33,578 nt of DNA from an uncultured Methanomassiliicoccales archaeon (GCA_964546105.1 CAZJIP010000004.1:3633-37210); one strand, 5' to 3'; numbered from the stretch's first letter, positions 23,097 to 32,416 are shown. Translations and numbers: made by a program. Notes: generated by a model from the sequence alone, not told the origin.

Positions 23097-24902
23097 CTAC
23101 TTCTCCGGCGTGCCTCCGTCCGCTGCCGCCGGCGCCTTCGCCCGGGCCGCCGCCAAGCTCGTGCGGTAGCTCTGGAACAGGCGGAACGCCATCAACAGCC
23201 CGATCAAGAACAGGATCGCGCCAACGGCGACGAACACCGCGTTGACCGTCAGAGCGGCCCATGCGTAGGCCGAGACGTTGATCGGGGCCCGTACGTTGCG
23301 CAAGATCCAGTTGACCGGATCCGGCCTCGCCGCGGAGAACCGGACGCCCCCGAGGTAGTTCGCCACCGAATAGAGGAATGAGTACGTCTGCCAGAGCAAC
23401 GCCGCGAGGGTCGTCACGATCATGAAGATGGCTGGGATCAGCGAGTACCGCGAGGGAGCACGCGCCCGCGTGAGGTGAATCGTGATCAGCATGATCGCAA
23501 GGCCTGCGAGGAGCTGATTCGCTCCGCCGAAGTACAACCACAGGGCCCACCAGCTACCCGAGATCGCGAAGAGCCAGGGCACCACGAGCCCTACGATCGT
23601 GGACGTGTGCTTGTTCGCAAGGATGCGGAACCGGCCCTCGCTCCAAGTTTCCTGGGCGACCAATCGGAAGAAACGGGTGACCAACGCCTGGACGGTGATC
23701 GCGTAGATCACGAGGACGAGCCCGAAGAACGTCGTCAGCACGGCATTCGTCAAGCCGCCAAGGAAAGGGCTGGTGAGCGCCACGGCGCCGTTGACCCAGG
23801 AGAAGAAGTTCGCCCTCGCCGGGTCCAACACGAAGCTCGGAGCGAGCACCATGTAGGCGGCCAGGGAGGCCAGCGCGAGGAGGCCCTCGGAGAGCATGGC
23901 TCCACCGCCGACGGGCAAGGCATCGGTTTCGATGTCGAGCTGCTTCGACGACGAGGAGCTGCTGACCAGACTGTGCCAGCCCGAGATCGAGCCGCAGGCG
24001 ATGGCGACGAAGAGGATGGGCCACAGGGGTCCGATCGTGCTGTCGAAGAACGTCGTGAAGGCGGGCAACTGAACCGTCAGGTTGGTGAACGGCGACACGA
24101 GGGCACCGATCAAGATGAAGATAATGGCCGCGTACGCCGGGTAGAACGCGAGGTAGTTCGTCGGCTGGATGAAGCTCGGCGTTGGGAGGACGGCGGCCAA
24201 GTACAGGAACCCGAGGACGACCGCGGCCCAAATCGCGACGTTCCAAGCGCCGTAGGAGAGCGAAACCGGGAACAGGACACCCAAGTAGATGCTGAGTACC
24301 ACGAGGAGCAGCCCGATCCCCGTCACGGCGAAGACGTTCACCTTGTAGCGGTAGAGGAGCTGGCCACAGAGCACACCGGCCGCGAAGATCCCGAGCGTGG
24401 CGACGAACGTGCCAGGGAAGAGGTTCCAGAATGTGGCAATCAGCGCGATGAAGGTGGCCGAGATGATGATGAGGTAGAACAGGACGAAAGCGAGCAGGTT
24501 CCGTCGGCCCGAGGCCCCCGTGAACTCGTAGGTGATGGGGCCGAAGGAGCGACCCTCGTTGCGCACCGACAGCATCATCGCACCGTAGTCCTGCATCCAC
24601 CCGATGAAGAAATTCCCGCCAATGATCCACAGGAGCGCGGGAAGCCAACCGAACGTGACCCCAATGAACGGTCCAAGGATCGGGCCCAAAGCCGCGACGC
24701 TCTTGAACTGGTATCCCCAGAGCACGTAGCGACTCACCGGGAAGAACTCCACCCCATCCATGTACATGTGCGCGGGAGTCGCCCGCTTCGCGTCGCTCTT
24801 CCACACATGGCGGTCAACCCACTTGCCGTAGCCCATGTACGCGATCAGGTAGGCCACGATCGTGACGACAACCCACAGAAACGGCGTGTCCAGTAGGCCC
24901 AT
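23097..24902 (-). CDS. cstA: Carbon starvation CstA family membrane transporter (divergent)
   Basis: Motifs TPAHMYMDGVEFFP, GPILGP, FGWLPALLWI, PLWPILFVAIACGSISGWHSL, GGAMLSEG and FGGANQLLA, with many TM helices. Start ATG at 24902 with a GGGAGG RBS. Confidence 0.92.
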   Translation of the reverse strand: MGLLDTPFLWVVVTIVAYLIAYMGYGKWVDRHVWKSDAKRATPAHMYMDGVEFFPVSRYVLWGYQFKSVAALGPILGPFIGVTFGWLPALLWIIGGNFFIGWMQDYGAMMLSVRNEGRSFGPITYEFTGASGRRNLLAFVLFYLIIISATFIALIATFWNLFPGTFVATLGIFAAGVLCGQLLYRYKVNVFAVTGIGLLLVVLSIYLGVLFPVSLSYGAWNVAIWAAVVLGFLYLAAVLPTPSFIQPTNYLAFYPAYAAIIFILIGALVSPFTNLTVQLPAFTTFFDSTIGPLWPILFVAIACGSISGWHSLVSSSSSSKQLDIETDALPVGGGAMLSEGLLALASLAAYMVLAPSFVLDPARANFFSWVNGAVALTSPFLGGLTNAVLTTFFGLVLVIYAITVQALVTRFFRLVAQETWSEGRFRILANKHTSTIVGLVVPWLFAISGSWWALWLYFGGANQLLAGLAIMLITIHLTRARAPSRYSLIPAIFMIVTTLAALLWQTYSFLYSVANYLGGVRFSAARPDPVNWILRNVRAPINVSAYAWAALTVNAVFVAVGAILFLIGLLMAFRLFQSYRTSLAAARAKAPAAADGGTPEK

Positions 24903-25036
24903 CTTTCGCCTCCCCAATCCCGGCGAGACATCCCTGCCAGGACCCGCCGGGGTATGTCGTGTCAGGCGCTTAAATCTGTGGGGTGTGATTTACCGCGAAC
25001 GAAATCCGTATGGCGCGAGACCGCCTTGGAGGCTAC

Positions 25037-25432
25037 GTGAACCCCGAACCGGTGAGGGTGCAAATGCTCGGCCTCCTGCCCGCCGTCCTCAAGCCTTGCG
25101 GACCGGCCTGCGCCCAGCCGTTCATGCAGCGGCCCGTGGAGCGACTCTCCTCGGAGGAGATAGAAGAGACCCCGTCCTTCGTCCGGGAGAACGGCGAAAG
25201 GGCCCACGCCTTCGCGGAGCGGCTCGTCCGAGACTTCGGAGCGGGGGTGCGGATCGAAGTCGTGGGCCTGGACTCCCCGCGCGGGGTCTGGCTCGGGGCG
25301 CGGCACCGGATCGGAAGGGGTTTCGCCGTCATCGTCGACGGACGGACGGTCGTCCGCAATCCTCAGGAGTACGAAACCCTCCGGGTCGCCGTGGAGAAGG
25401 CCCTTCAAAGCTCGATAACGGGATCAGGATGA
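25037..25432 (+). CDS. Hypothetical thioredoxin-fold-like protein with CxxxC motif
   Basis: GTG start after GGAGG. CGPAC near the N-terminus, then L..DFG..VRIEVVGLDSPRG and AVIVDGR. Divergent from cstA. Confidence 0.72.
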   Translation: MNPEPVRVQMLGLLPAVLKPCGPACAQPFMQRPVERLSSEEIEETPSFVRENGERAHAFAERLVRDFGAGVRIEVVGLDSPRGVWLGARHRIGRGFAVIVDGRTVVRNPQEYETLRVAVEKALQSSITGSG

Positions 25433-25469
25433 ACCCCGCGAGATGTCGCACCTCATACGCGAGGCGTCA

Positions 25470-25517
25470 GAAAGAGGGGAGTGGGGCGTGCCTTGAGGCA
25501 TCGGCTGCCTCACTCCC
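25470..25517 (-). terminator. Hairpin between convergent genes, candidate terminator
   Basis: GGGAGTG (25477)/CACTCCC (25511) and TGAGGCA (25494)/TGCCTCA (25506). The minus strand continues CTCTTTC. Confidence 0.4.
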
Positions 25518-25550
25518 GTGAGTGGGAAAGGGGTTCGAAGAGGGCCCGCT

Positions 25551-26183
25551 TCAGGCGCCTACCACGGTGACCGTACCCATCATGAAGCCCGGGGTGGACA
25601 TCGCCGCGGCGTCACACTGGGCCATGCAGTGCCAGACGTACTGCCCCGTAGACGTGAAGACCACGGTGAAGCTCACCACGCTGGGCGTCTGGCCCACCGC
25701 GGCCGGGATCGGGACGTTGATGTTGTACGGCGCCGCGTCCAGGGTGAACGTGTGGGCCACCTGGTCTGCCGGCACGGAGGTCAGCGACCGTCCGCTCACC
25801 GTGGCGTTCGTGAGGGTCTCCGTCCCGCCCACGGTCCCAGTCACCTGGTTGAACCCGGAGGGGATCGCGTTCGAGCCGTTGTCGTAGTTCGTGATCGTGA
25901 TGATCACGGGGACGTTCGCGGGGACGGTGAAGTTCGCCGGAAAGTATTGGTCCAGGCCCGTGTACGGGTCGAACGCGACGGTCAGATACAGATGCTCCGT
26001 GCCCGAGGTCGTCACCACGGGCGGGGCCGTCACGTGGCCGAGAATCCCGCCGGCGAGCAGCCCGAAGACGAGGAGGACTGCTCCCATCATCACGACCGCG
26101 CCTGACCGCATGGGCCGTCGTCCCTTGGCTCGCCGGCCCAGCACCGCTTCCCTTGTTGTTGTCTCGCTTCCTACTGCGCTCAT
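25551..26183 (-). CDS. Membrane-anchored cupredoxin-domain protein (atypical copper site)
   Basis: Basic N-terminus plus TM, PANFTVPANVPVIITITNYD, AHTFT and GQYVWHCMAQCDAAAMSTPGFMMGTVTV. Alternative start at 26111. Confidence 0.78.
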   Translation of the reverse strand: MSAVGSETTTREAVLGRRAKGRRPMRSGAVVMMGAVLLVFGLLAGGILGHVTAPPVVTTSGTEHLYLTVAFDPYTGLDQYFPANFTVPANVPVIITITNYDNGSNAIPSGFNQVTGTVGGTETLTNATVSGRSLTSVPADQVAHTFTLDAAPYNINVPIPAAVGQTPSVVSFTVVFTSTGQYVWHCMAQCDAAAMSTPGFMMGTVTVVGA

Positions 26184-26353
26184 GCCGATGCCTCTTAGGG
26201 CGACCTAAAGACCGGATAAATATCAACCGCCGGGCGGCATGGTACCTATTGTGCGAATTTCGGAGAGCCCAAATCCGAACGCCCTAGAGAGGGCTCGGTC
26301 ACAGCGGGAGTCGGGAAGGCGTAAGAGCCACCCCATCGTTCCCGGGAGGCGCC

Positions 26354-27220
26354 ATGGGCGACGGGTACGGATGCCAGGACATGGTCGGACGCCTGCGGCG
26401 CGTCATTGTCCGGCGTCCGGACGCGAGCTTCGCCCAAGCCGATCCGCGGCTGTGGCACTACACGGCGCGTCCGCGCCTCGCCGCGGCGCGGCGTGAACAC
26501 GAGCTCTTCGTCGAGATCCTCCGGAAATCCGGCGCCGAGATCCTCGAACACGACGTGCCCCAGCCCGGGCGTGCCGATGCGGTGTTCGTCCACGATCCGG
26601 CCCTCGTCACGGACGAGGGCGCGGTCCTGCTCCGGATGGGGAAGGCGCTCCGCCGAGGAGAAGAAGACAGCCTGGGGGCCGCATTTGAGCGATTCGGCGT
26701 CCCCATCCTCGGCCACCTGACGGGCGAGGCCACCGCCGAGGGAGGCGATCTCCTGTGGCTCGACCACGACACGCTCGCGGTAGGGCAGGGATTCCGCACC
26801 AATGCGGAGGGCTCCGCCCAGTTGGAGCGCATCCTGCGGCCGCTGGGAGTTCGCCTCGTCCCCGTGTCCCTCCCGTACTTCGAGGGACCCGAGGCCTGCC
26901 TCCACCTCATGTCCTTAATCAGTCTCTTCGACCGCGACCTCGCCGTGGTGTATCCGCGCTTCCTGCCCGTCCCGTTCTCCCGGGAGCTGCGGGAGCGGGG
27001 CATCGATTGGATCGAGGTCCCCGATGCGGAGTTCGCGACCATGGGTCCGAACGTGCTGGCCCTCGCCCCGCGCGACGTCGTGGCCCTACGCGGGAATCCG
27101 GTCACGAAACGCCGCCTGGCGGCCATGGGGTGCCGCGTCCAGACGTATCGCGGGGAGGAAATCTCCCTGAAGGCCGAAGGCGGCCCGACGTGCCTGACGC
27201 GCCCCGTGCTCCGCAGATGA
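26354..27220 (+). CDS. Amidinotransferase / dimethylargininase / arginine deiminase (pentein) family protein
   Basis: Motifs DAVFVHD, RRGEE, AEGGD, RTN, LHL and C-terminal GGPTCLTRP with the catalytic Cys. Confidence 0.9.
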   Translation: MGDGYGCQDMVGRLRRVIVRRPDASFAQADPRLWHYTARPRLAAARREHELFVEILRKSGAEILEHDVPQPGRADAVFVHDPALVTDEGAVLLRMGKALRRGEEDSLGAAFERFGVPILGHLTGEATAEGGDLLWLDHDTLAVGQGFRTNAEGSAQLERILRPLGVRLVPVSLPYFEGPEACLHLMSLISLFDRDLAVVYPRFLPVPFSRELRERGIDWIEVPDAEFATMGPNVLALAPRDVVALRGNPVTKRRLAAMGCRVQTYRGEEISLKAEGGPTCLTRPVLRR

Positions 27221-27227
27221 GTCGGAG

Positions 27228-27689
27228 TCACGACGCGACGACGGACGCCTTCGTGATGACCACGTCCTTCAGCGGGCGGTCCTGGCGGTTCCGGGGCGCT
27301 CGGCTGATTGCGTCCGCGACGTCCATTCCCGCGACGACCTTGCCGAACACGGGATGCTTCGGGTCCAGGCGTCCGTTGTCCACCACGTTGATGAAGAACT
27401 GGCTCCCGCCCGTGTTGGGACCCGCGTTGGCCATGGAGATCGTCCCGCGGCCGTTGTGGTTCGTCGGGGTGAACTCGTCCTTGATCGTGTATCCCGGCCC
27501 GCCCATGCCCGTCCCCGTCGGGTCGCCTCCCTGGATCATAAAGCTCGGAATGATCCGGTGGAAGACCACGCCGTTGTAGAAGCCCTTCTCCACGAGCCTG
27601 CGGAAGTTGCCTGCGGTGATAGGCATGGTGTCCTCGAACAGCTGGATGCGGATGTCGCCCAGGGTGGTCTGGAGCAGAATCTCGCTCAT
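27228..27689 (-). CDS. Cyclophilin-type peptidyl-prolyl isomerase
   Basis: Motifs FYNGVVFHRIIPSFMIQGGDPTGTG, SMANAGPNTGGSQFFI and HPVFGKV. Confidence 0.96.
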   Translation of the reverse strand: MSEILLQTTLGDIRIQLFEDTMPITAGNFRRLVEKGFYNGVVFHRIIPSFMIQGGDPTGTGMGGPGYTIKDEFTPTNHNGRGTISMANAGPNTGGSQFFINVVDNGRLDPKHPVFGKVVAGMDVADAISRAPRNRQDRPLKDVVITKASVVAS

Positions 27690-27801
27690 GCTTCCCGCAT
27701 CGCGGTCGCCCTCTTAACCCATCGCCTCTAGGAAAGCCGTCCCTACTGGGTTGTACATCCACGACCAAAACGTGAAATAGGCCTCCCTAACTCGACGCGC
27801 C

Positions 27802-28689
27802 GTGCACCCGAAGCTTCGCGTGGCCGCCCTGTCCATCGGATCCAACGCAAGCCTCGTCGCCGTGGAGCTGACCCTCGCCTGGGTCACGGGGAGCCTCGCG
27901 GTCCTCGCGGACGCGTTTCACTCCGGGGTCGACCTCACGGGCTCCCTGGTCGCTCTGTCCGGGATCCTGCTGGCCCTCCGGGGCGCGGATGCGAACCACG
28001 GCTACGGCTACTCCCGGTACGAGAACGCCGCGGCCCTCGTCCAGATGATCCTCATCGCAATCATCGGGGTCACGGTCATCGAGGAAGCGGTGCGCCGCCT
28101 CCTGGAGGGATTCACGGTCCACGTCACACTCCTCGCCTTGGTCGCCGTCTTGGCCACCCTGGTCTTTGACGTGGTCCTGTTCCGCTACATCTCCCGTCGC
28201 GGCAGCGTGCTCGGGAGCTCGGCCCTCGAGGCGGACGCCTACCACTTCGGCACGGACGCGGTCGGGAAGGTCGGCGTCCTCTTCGGGATCGGGATGGCCT
28301 ACCTGGGATATCCCGTGATGGACGTCGTGGGCGCGCTGATCATCGCGGGCGTCTTCCTCCTCACCGCGTTCCGCATGGGCCGCAAAAACCTCCAGGTTCT
28401 CGTCGACGCGTCTCCGCCCGCGGACCTCCTGGCTCAAGTGCGGATGGCTGCCGAGCAGGTGGCTGGCGTGGCAGAGGTCCACAGCCTCCGGGGCCGGATG
28501 TCGGGCCGGCTCGTCTTCGTGGACCTGGCCGTCCACGTGGCGCCCGGCGCCACCCTGGAATCTGCCCACGGCATCGCGCATACGATCGAGCGGACCGTAC
28601 AACAACAGGTGCCCAACGTGGCGGAGGTTGTGGTCCACGTCGAGCCGGACCGCCACGAGCCTGCCCTGGACGAGGCACATCCCGCCTGA
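27802..28689 (+). CDS. Cation diffusion facilitator (FieF-like) transporter
   Basis: Motifs GSLAVLADAFHSGVD, HGYGYSRYE, ADAYHFGTD and a C-terminal dimerisation domain (VHVEP). Confidence 0.94.
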   Translation: MHPKLRVAALSIGSNASLVAVELTLAWVTGSLAVLADAFHSGVDLTGSLVALSGILLALRGADANHGYGYSRYENAAALVQMILIAIIGVTVIEEAVRRLLEGFTVHVTLLALVAVLATLVFDVVLFRYISRRGSVLGSSALEADAYHFGTDAVGKVGVLFGIGMAYLGYPVMDVVGALIIAGVFLLTAFRMGRKNLQVLVDASPPADLLAQVRMAAEQVAGVAEVHSLRGRMSGRLVFVDLAVHVAPGATLESAHGIAHTIERTVQQQVPNVAEVVVHVEPDRHEPALDEAHPA

Positions 28690-28785
28690 GAGCGGTGGCC
28701 CTCCATGGGCCCTTGCGTGCGACGTTAGGCTGCGACCTGACAAAGAAGGGCCCTTGAAGTAACTCCCCTCCCCTGCCCATACCGT

Positions 28786-30780
28786 ATGTGGACCCGCCGC
28801 CAAATCGCCGTTGTCCTCGCCGTTGTGGCAGTGACCCTCTCCACCGCGACCATCGTGCTCGTCGCGAGCCAGCCGCCCGCGTCCGGATTGATCCCCTTCC
28901 GGAGCTACTCCGAGCTCTCCGGCTACCTTAGCGGTGCCCAGTCGTCGTACGGCTCGGCGCAGCTTAGCAGTGGATTCGGACCCGCCTTCCGGTCGCCTGC
29001 GATGGGCGCGCCCGCAGCAGGCACATCGGGTCCCTCCGCCCCCGCGTATTCCTCGACGAACGTCCAGGTGGCCGGCGTGGACGAACTGGACATGGTCAAG
29101 ACGGACGGGACGTACCTCTACGTCGCGTCCGGGAACGAGGTGGTCACGTTCCTCGCGTATCCCGCTTCGGACCTGCAGGTCGTTGGCCGCATCGCCCTGG
29201 CGAACCTCTCCGTGACCCCGGCCCTCTCCGCGTGGGATCAGGTCGCAGGGCTCTTCCTGGCCGGCCATGAGCTCGTGGTGGTCGCGAACTCCGCGGCGAA
29301 CTATGGCGGGCCCGTGCCCATGCCCCTAGGCTCGGTCTCGAGCTCGGACGGAATCGCGGCACCCGTCCTCGTGGCGCTGGAGAGGACCACGGTCCTCCTC
29401 TTCGATGTATCCGATCCAACGAACCCCGTGCTCGACCACACCCTCTCCATCACGGGAATGGCCTCCACAGGGCGGTTGGTCGGCTCTACGGTCTACCTGG
29501 TCGCGACCCAGTGGATCATGCAGGTCAATGGCACCTACGTGCTCCCCGAGACATGCGTAGACGGCGCGTGCCAGAGCCTGGCCCTGGACCGAATCTACCG
29601 CGATCCGCAGTCCGCGGACGCGTGGGACTACACGAACCTGCTCGCCGTGGACGTGACGTCGGGCGCGAGCTCGGCCATGGCTATCATCACGGGAGGGATG
29701 TCCCTTCTATTCATGTCGCCCACGGCGATGTACCTCGCCTTCTTCAAATGGCAGATGACGCCCGCGGGCGTCGAGAGCCCGCTCATGCCCGTGCGCATCG
29801 GCTCGACCTGGACGACGATTTACAAGCTCCGCGCGGACGGTCTCGACATCCAAGCAGTCGGCTCCGCGGACGTCCCCGGATCCGTCCGCGACCAGTACTC
29901 CCTGGACGAATGGCAGGGCTACCTCCGCGTGGCGACCACGGTGCGCGACTTCAGCGGGAACGCGTCCTCCGTCCGCAACGACCTCTACGTGTTCAACGGA
30001 GCCCTGGACCTCGTGGGATCCGTGACGGGCCTCGCTACCGGCGAGAGCATCTTCGCCGTGCGGTTCCTGGAGGGCCGCGCGTACGTGGTCACCTTCCGGA
30101 AGATCGATCCGCTCTTCGTGATCGACCTGACCGACCCGACTGACCCGCGCGTGAGCGGGTTCCTCGAGATGCCGGGGTTCTCCGAGTACCTCTACCCGCT
30201 CGACGCAAGCCACCTGATCGGTGTCGGGAAGGACGCCGTCCCGGCCGAGGAGGGCAACTGGTCCTGGTACCAGGGCCTCAAGCTCGCCCTCTACGACGTG
30301 ACGAACGGATCGGCGCCCGCGGAACTCGCCAACGTGACCATCGGGGACCGCGGCACGGACTCCGAGGTCTTGCGGGACCCGCACGCCTTCCTCTACGTGC
30401 CCGGGGCGCAACTGGTCGTCCTCCCCGTGGACCTAGCCATCATCAACGCGAGCCAGTACCCCTACGGCGTGCCCGATTGGGCCTGGGGCGATGTGGTCTG
30501 GCAGGGCGCTTACGTGTACCGGGTCAGCGAGACATCGGGTTTCCAGTACGTGGGCCGCATCGCCCACGGGAACGGGACCGTGAACACGACGTACGGCTGG
30601 TACGACTCCCCAATCCAGATCCGGCGGTCCGTGTACATCGGCGATGTGCTGTACACGATCTCGGAGACCGAGGTCCTCGCGAGTTCCTTGGCCGACCTGT
30701 CCGAGATCCGCTCCGTGGTGTACGCATCGCCCTCGACGACCTGCCCGTACTGCTACCCGGGCGGCATCGTCGTGACGTGA
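28786..30780 (+). CDS. Secreted/membrane-anchored beta-propeller domain protein (Beta_propel family)
   Basis: Signal anchor, YSSTNVQVAGVDELDMVKTDG, QYSLDEWQGYLRVATT, GESIFAVRF, VTFRKIDPLFVIDL and PGFSEYLYP. Confidence 0.9.
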   Translation: MWTRRQIAVVLAVVAVTLSTATIVLVASQPPASGLIPFRSYSELSGYLSGAQSSYGSAQLSSGFGPAFRSPAMGAPAAGTSGPSAPAYSSTNVQVAGVDELDMVKTDGTYLYVASGNEVVTFLAYPASDLQVVGRIALANLSVTPALSAWDQVAGLFLAGHELVVVANSAANYGGPVPMPLGSVSSSDGIAAPVLVALERTTVLLFDVSDPTNPVLDHTLSITGMASTGRLVGSTVYLVATQWIMQVNGTYVLPETCVDGACQSLALDRIYRDPQSADAWDYTNLLAVDVTSGASSAMAIITGGMSLLFMSPTAMYLAFFKWQMTPAGVESPLMPVRIGSTWTTIYKLRADGLDIQAVGSADVPGSVRDQYSLDEWQGYLRVATTVRDFSGNASSVRNDLYVFNGALDLVGSVTGLATGESIFAVRFLEGRAYVVTFRKIDPLFVIDLTDPTDPRVSGFLEMPGFSEYLYPLDASHLIGVGKDAVPAEEGNWSWYQGLKLALYDVTNGSAPAELANVTIGDRGTDSEVLRDPHAFLYVPGAQLVVLPVDLAIINASQYPYGVPDWAWGDVVWQGAYVYRVSETSGFQYVGRIAHGNGTVNTTYGWYDSPIQIRRSVYIGDVLYTISETEVLASSLADLSEIRSVVYASPSTTCPYCYPGGIVVT

Positions 30781-30838
30781 CCGGACCGAGCGGCCTCCAG
30801 TCAACAAAGCCCGGGGACGCGTAGAAGCACCCGAGACC

Positions 30839-31774
30839 ATGATCTCGGACCTGGAGTCGGCCTACACGGCGGCCGTTGAGAAGGCAGGGGCCAGCACAGT
30901 GAGCATCAGCGTGGCGGGCGCGTTCCACGGGGCACCCTTCCGACCCTATCCGCGCCGGGGCGTCGGCTCCGGCGTCGTGATGGACCGGGAGGGTCGCATC
31001 CTGACGAACGCCCACACGGTGGATGGGGCGGAACGGATCCTCGTGGGCCTGGGGGACGGCCGCGTCCTCGGCGGTTCGGTCCTCGGCGCGGACGAGGATA
31101 CGGACATCGCGGTCGTGAAGGTCGACGGAGACCACCTCCAGCCCGCGGAGTTCGGCGACTCGGACCGGCTCAAGGTCGGGCAGCCCGTCCTGGCCATCGG
31201 GAACCCGCTCGGGCTGCCCGGCGGGCCTACGGTGACATCGGGCGTCGTGAGCTCCCTCCATCGGAACATCCGGCTCGGAGACGGCGACGGGCTCCCAGTG
31301 ATCCAGACGGATGCCGCGGTGAACCCGGGGAACAGCGGGGGACCCCTCGTGGATCTGCAGGGTCGCGTGATCGCGCTGAACGCCGCGACGATTCCGTACG
31401 CGGAGGGCATCGGATTCGCGGTCCCCATCAACGTGGCCCTCGACGTCGCTCGGCAAATCGTCGAACACGGACGCGCCCAACGGCCTTGGCTCGGCGTGGT
31501 CGGCTACGATGTGGACCGGCGCGTGGCGCACTACTACGGCCTCGGGGTGACCCAGGGCGTCTTCCTGGTCGAGCTCTCCGAAGGAGGACCCGCGGCGGCT
31601 GCTGGGCTGCGCGTGGGCGACGTGATCACGTCCGTGGATGGTCGGGCACTCGCCGGAGTCTCGGACCTCGTCGAAGCACTCCGCGGCAAGAAGATTGGGG
31701 AGAGCGTCGAGGTGGGCTTCGAGCGCCAGGGAGCCCGGAAGCTCCGGATCACCCTGGGCACGCGGCCCTTCTGA
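30839..31774 (+). CDS. HtrA/DegP-like trypsin serine protease with one PDZ domain, no signal peptide
   Basis: Motifs GSGVV, LTNAH, DIAV, IGNPLG and IQTDAAVNPGNSGGPL, then a PDZ domain (GPAAAAGLRVGDVI). Confidence 0.94.
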   Translation: MISDLESAYTAAVEKAGASTVSISVAGAFHGAPFRPYPRRGVGSGVVMDREGRILTNAHTVDGAERILVGLGDGRVLGGSVLGADEDTDIAVVKVDGDHLQPAEFGDSDRLKVGQPVLAIGNPLGLPGGPTVTSGVVSSLHRNIRLGDGDGLPVIQTDAAVNPGNSGGPLVDLQGRVIALNAATIPYAEGIGFAVPINVALDVARQIVEHGRAQRPWLGVVGYDVDRRVAHYYGLGVTQGVFLVELSEGGPAAAAGLRVGDVITSVDGRALAGVSDLVEALRGKKIGESVEVGFERQGARKLRITLGTRPF

Positions 31775-31817
31775 CGCGGTCTGCCAACGAAAGGAAAGGG
31801 GAGAAGAGGCGGTCGAT

Positions 31818-32405
31818 CTAGGCCTTCGCCTTCTCGATTGCCTCGACGTTCAGGGTCACCTTGACCTTGTCGCCGACGAGCACGCCGCCGGCGTCGAGGA
31901 CCACGTTCCACGTCATCCCGAAGTCCTTGCGGTTGAGGGTCGTCTCTGCGGTGTACCCGCGGCGGCGGTTGCCCCAGGGGTCCTTGACCTCGCCGAGGTA
32001 GCTCACGTCGAGCGTGACGGGCTTCGTGACTCCGCGGATTCTGAGCTCGCCGTGCATCTTGCCCGAATCCGCGCCGTCCAGCTCGATGCCCGTGCTGCGG
32101 AAGGTGAGTTTCGGGAACTTCTGTACGTCGAAGAAGTCCGCCGAACGTAGGTGCGTGTCGCGGTCCGCCACGCCCGTGTCGATGGACGCGGCGTCAATCT
32201 CGGCCTCGACCCGCGAGGCTTCCGGATGGGCCTCATCGTAGACGACACTCCCCGAGAGCGTCTTGAAGTTGCCCTTCACGGTGGAGACCATCATGTGCCG
32301 TACGGCGAACTCCGCGGAGGAGTGGGCGGGATCGAGCTGCCATACGGACGCGGTCCGCTTCTCCATTTCTGGCGTTTCATTGGGGGTGAGACTTTGGGTC
32401 ACCAT
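31818..32405 (-). CDS. YceI family protein
   Basis: WQLDPAHSSAEFAVRHMMVSTVKGNF, RDTHLRSADFFD and LNRKDFG. Start is the ATG at 32405 (AAGTATAT about 26 nt upstream) or at 32366. Confidence 0.94.
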   Translation of the reverse strand: MVTQSLTPNETPEMEKRTASVWQLDPAHSSAEFAVRHMMVSTVKGNFKTLSGSVVYDEAHPEASRVEAEIDAASIDTGVADRDTHLRSADFFDVQKFPKLTFRSTGIELDGADSGKMHGELRIRGVTKPVTLDVSYLGEVKDPWGNRRRGYTAETTLNRKDFGMTWNVVLDAGGVLVGDKVKVTLNVEAIEKAKA

Positions 32406-32416
32406 ACGCGCGGCTA

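Noticed and set aside
23475-24896. 473-aa plus-strand ORF and 416-aa alternate-frame ORF over cstA
   Set aside because: Shadow frames of a GC-rich membrane gene, with Arg/Gly/Asp-rich non-protein-like composition.
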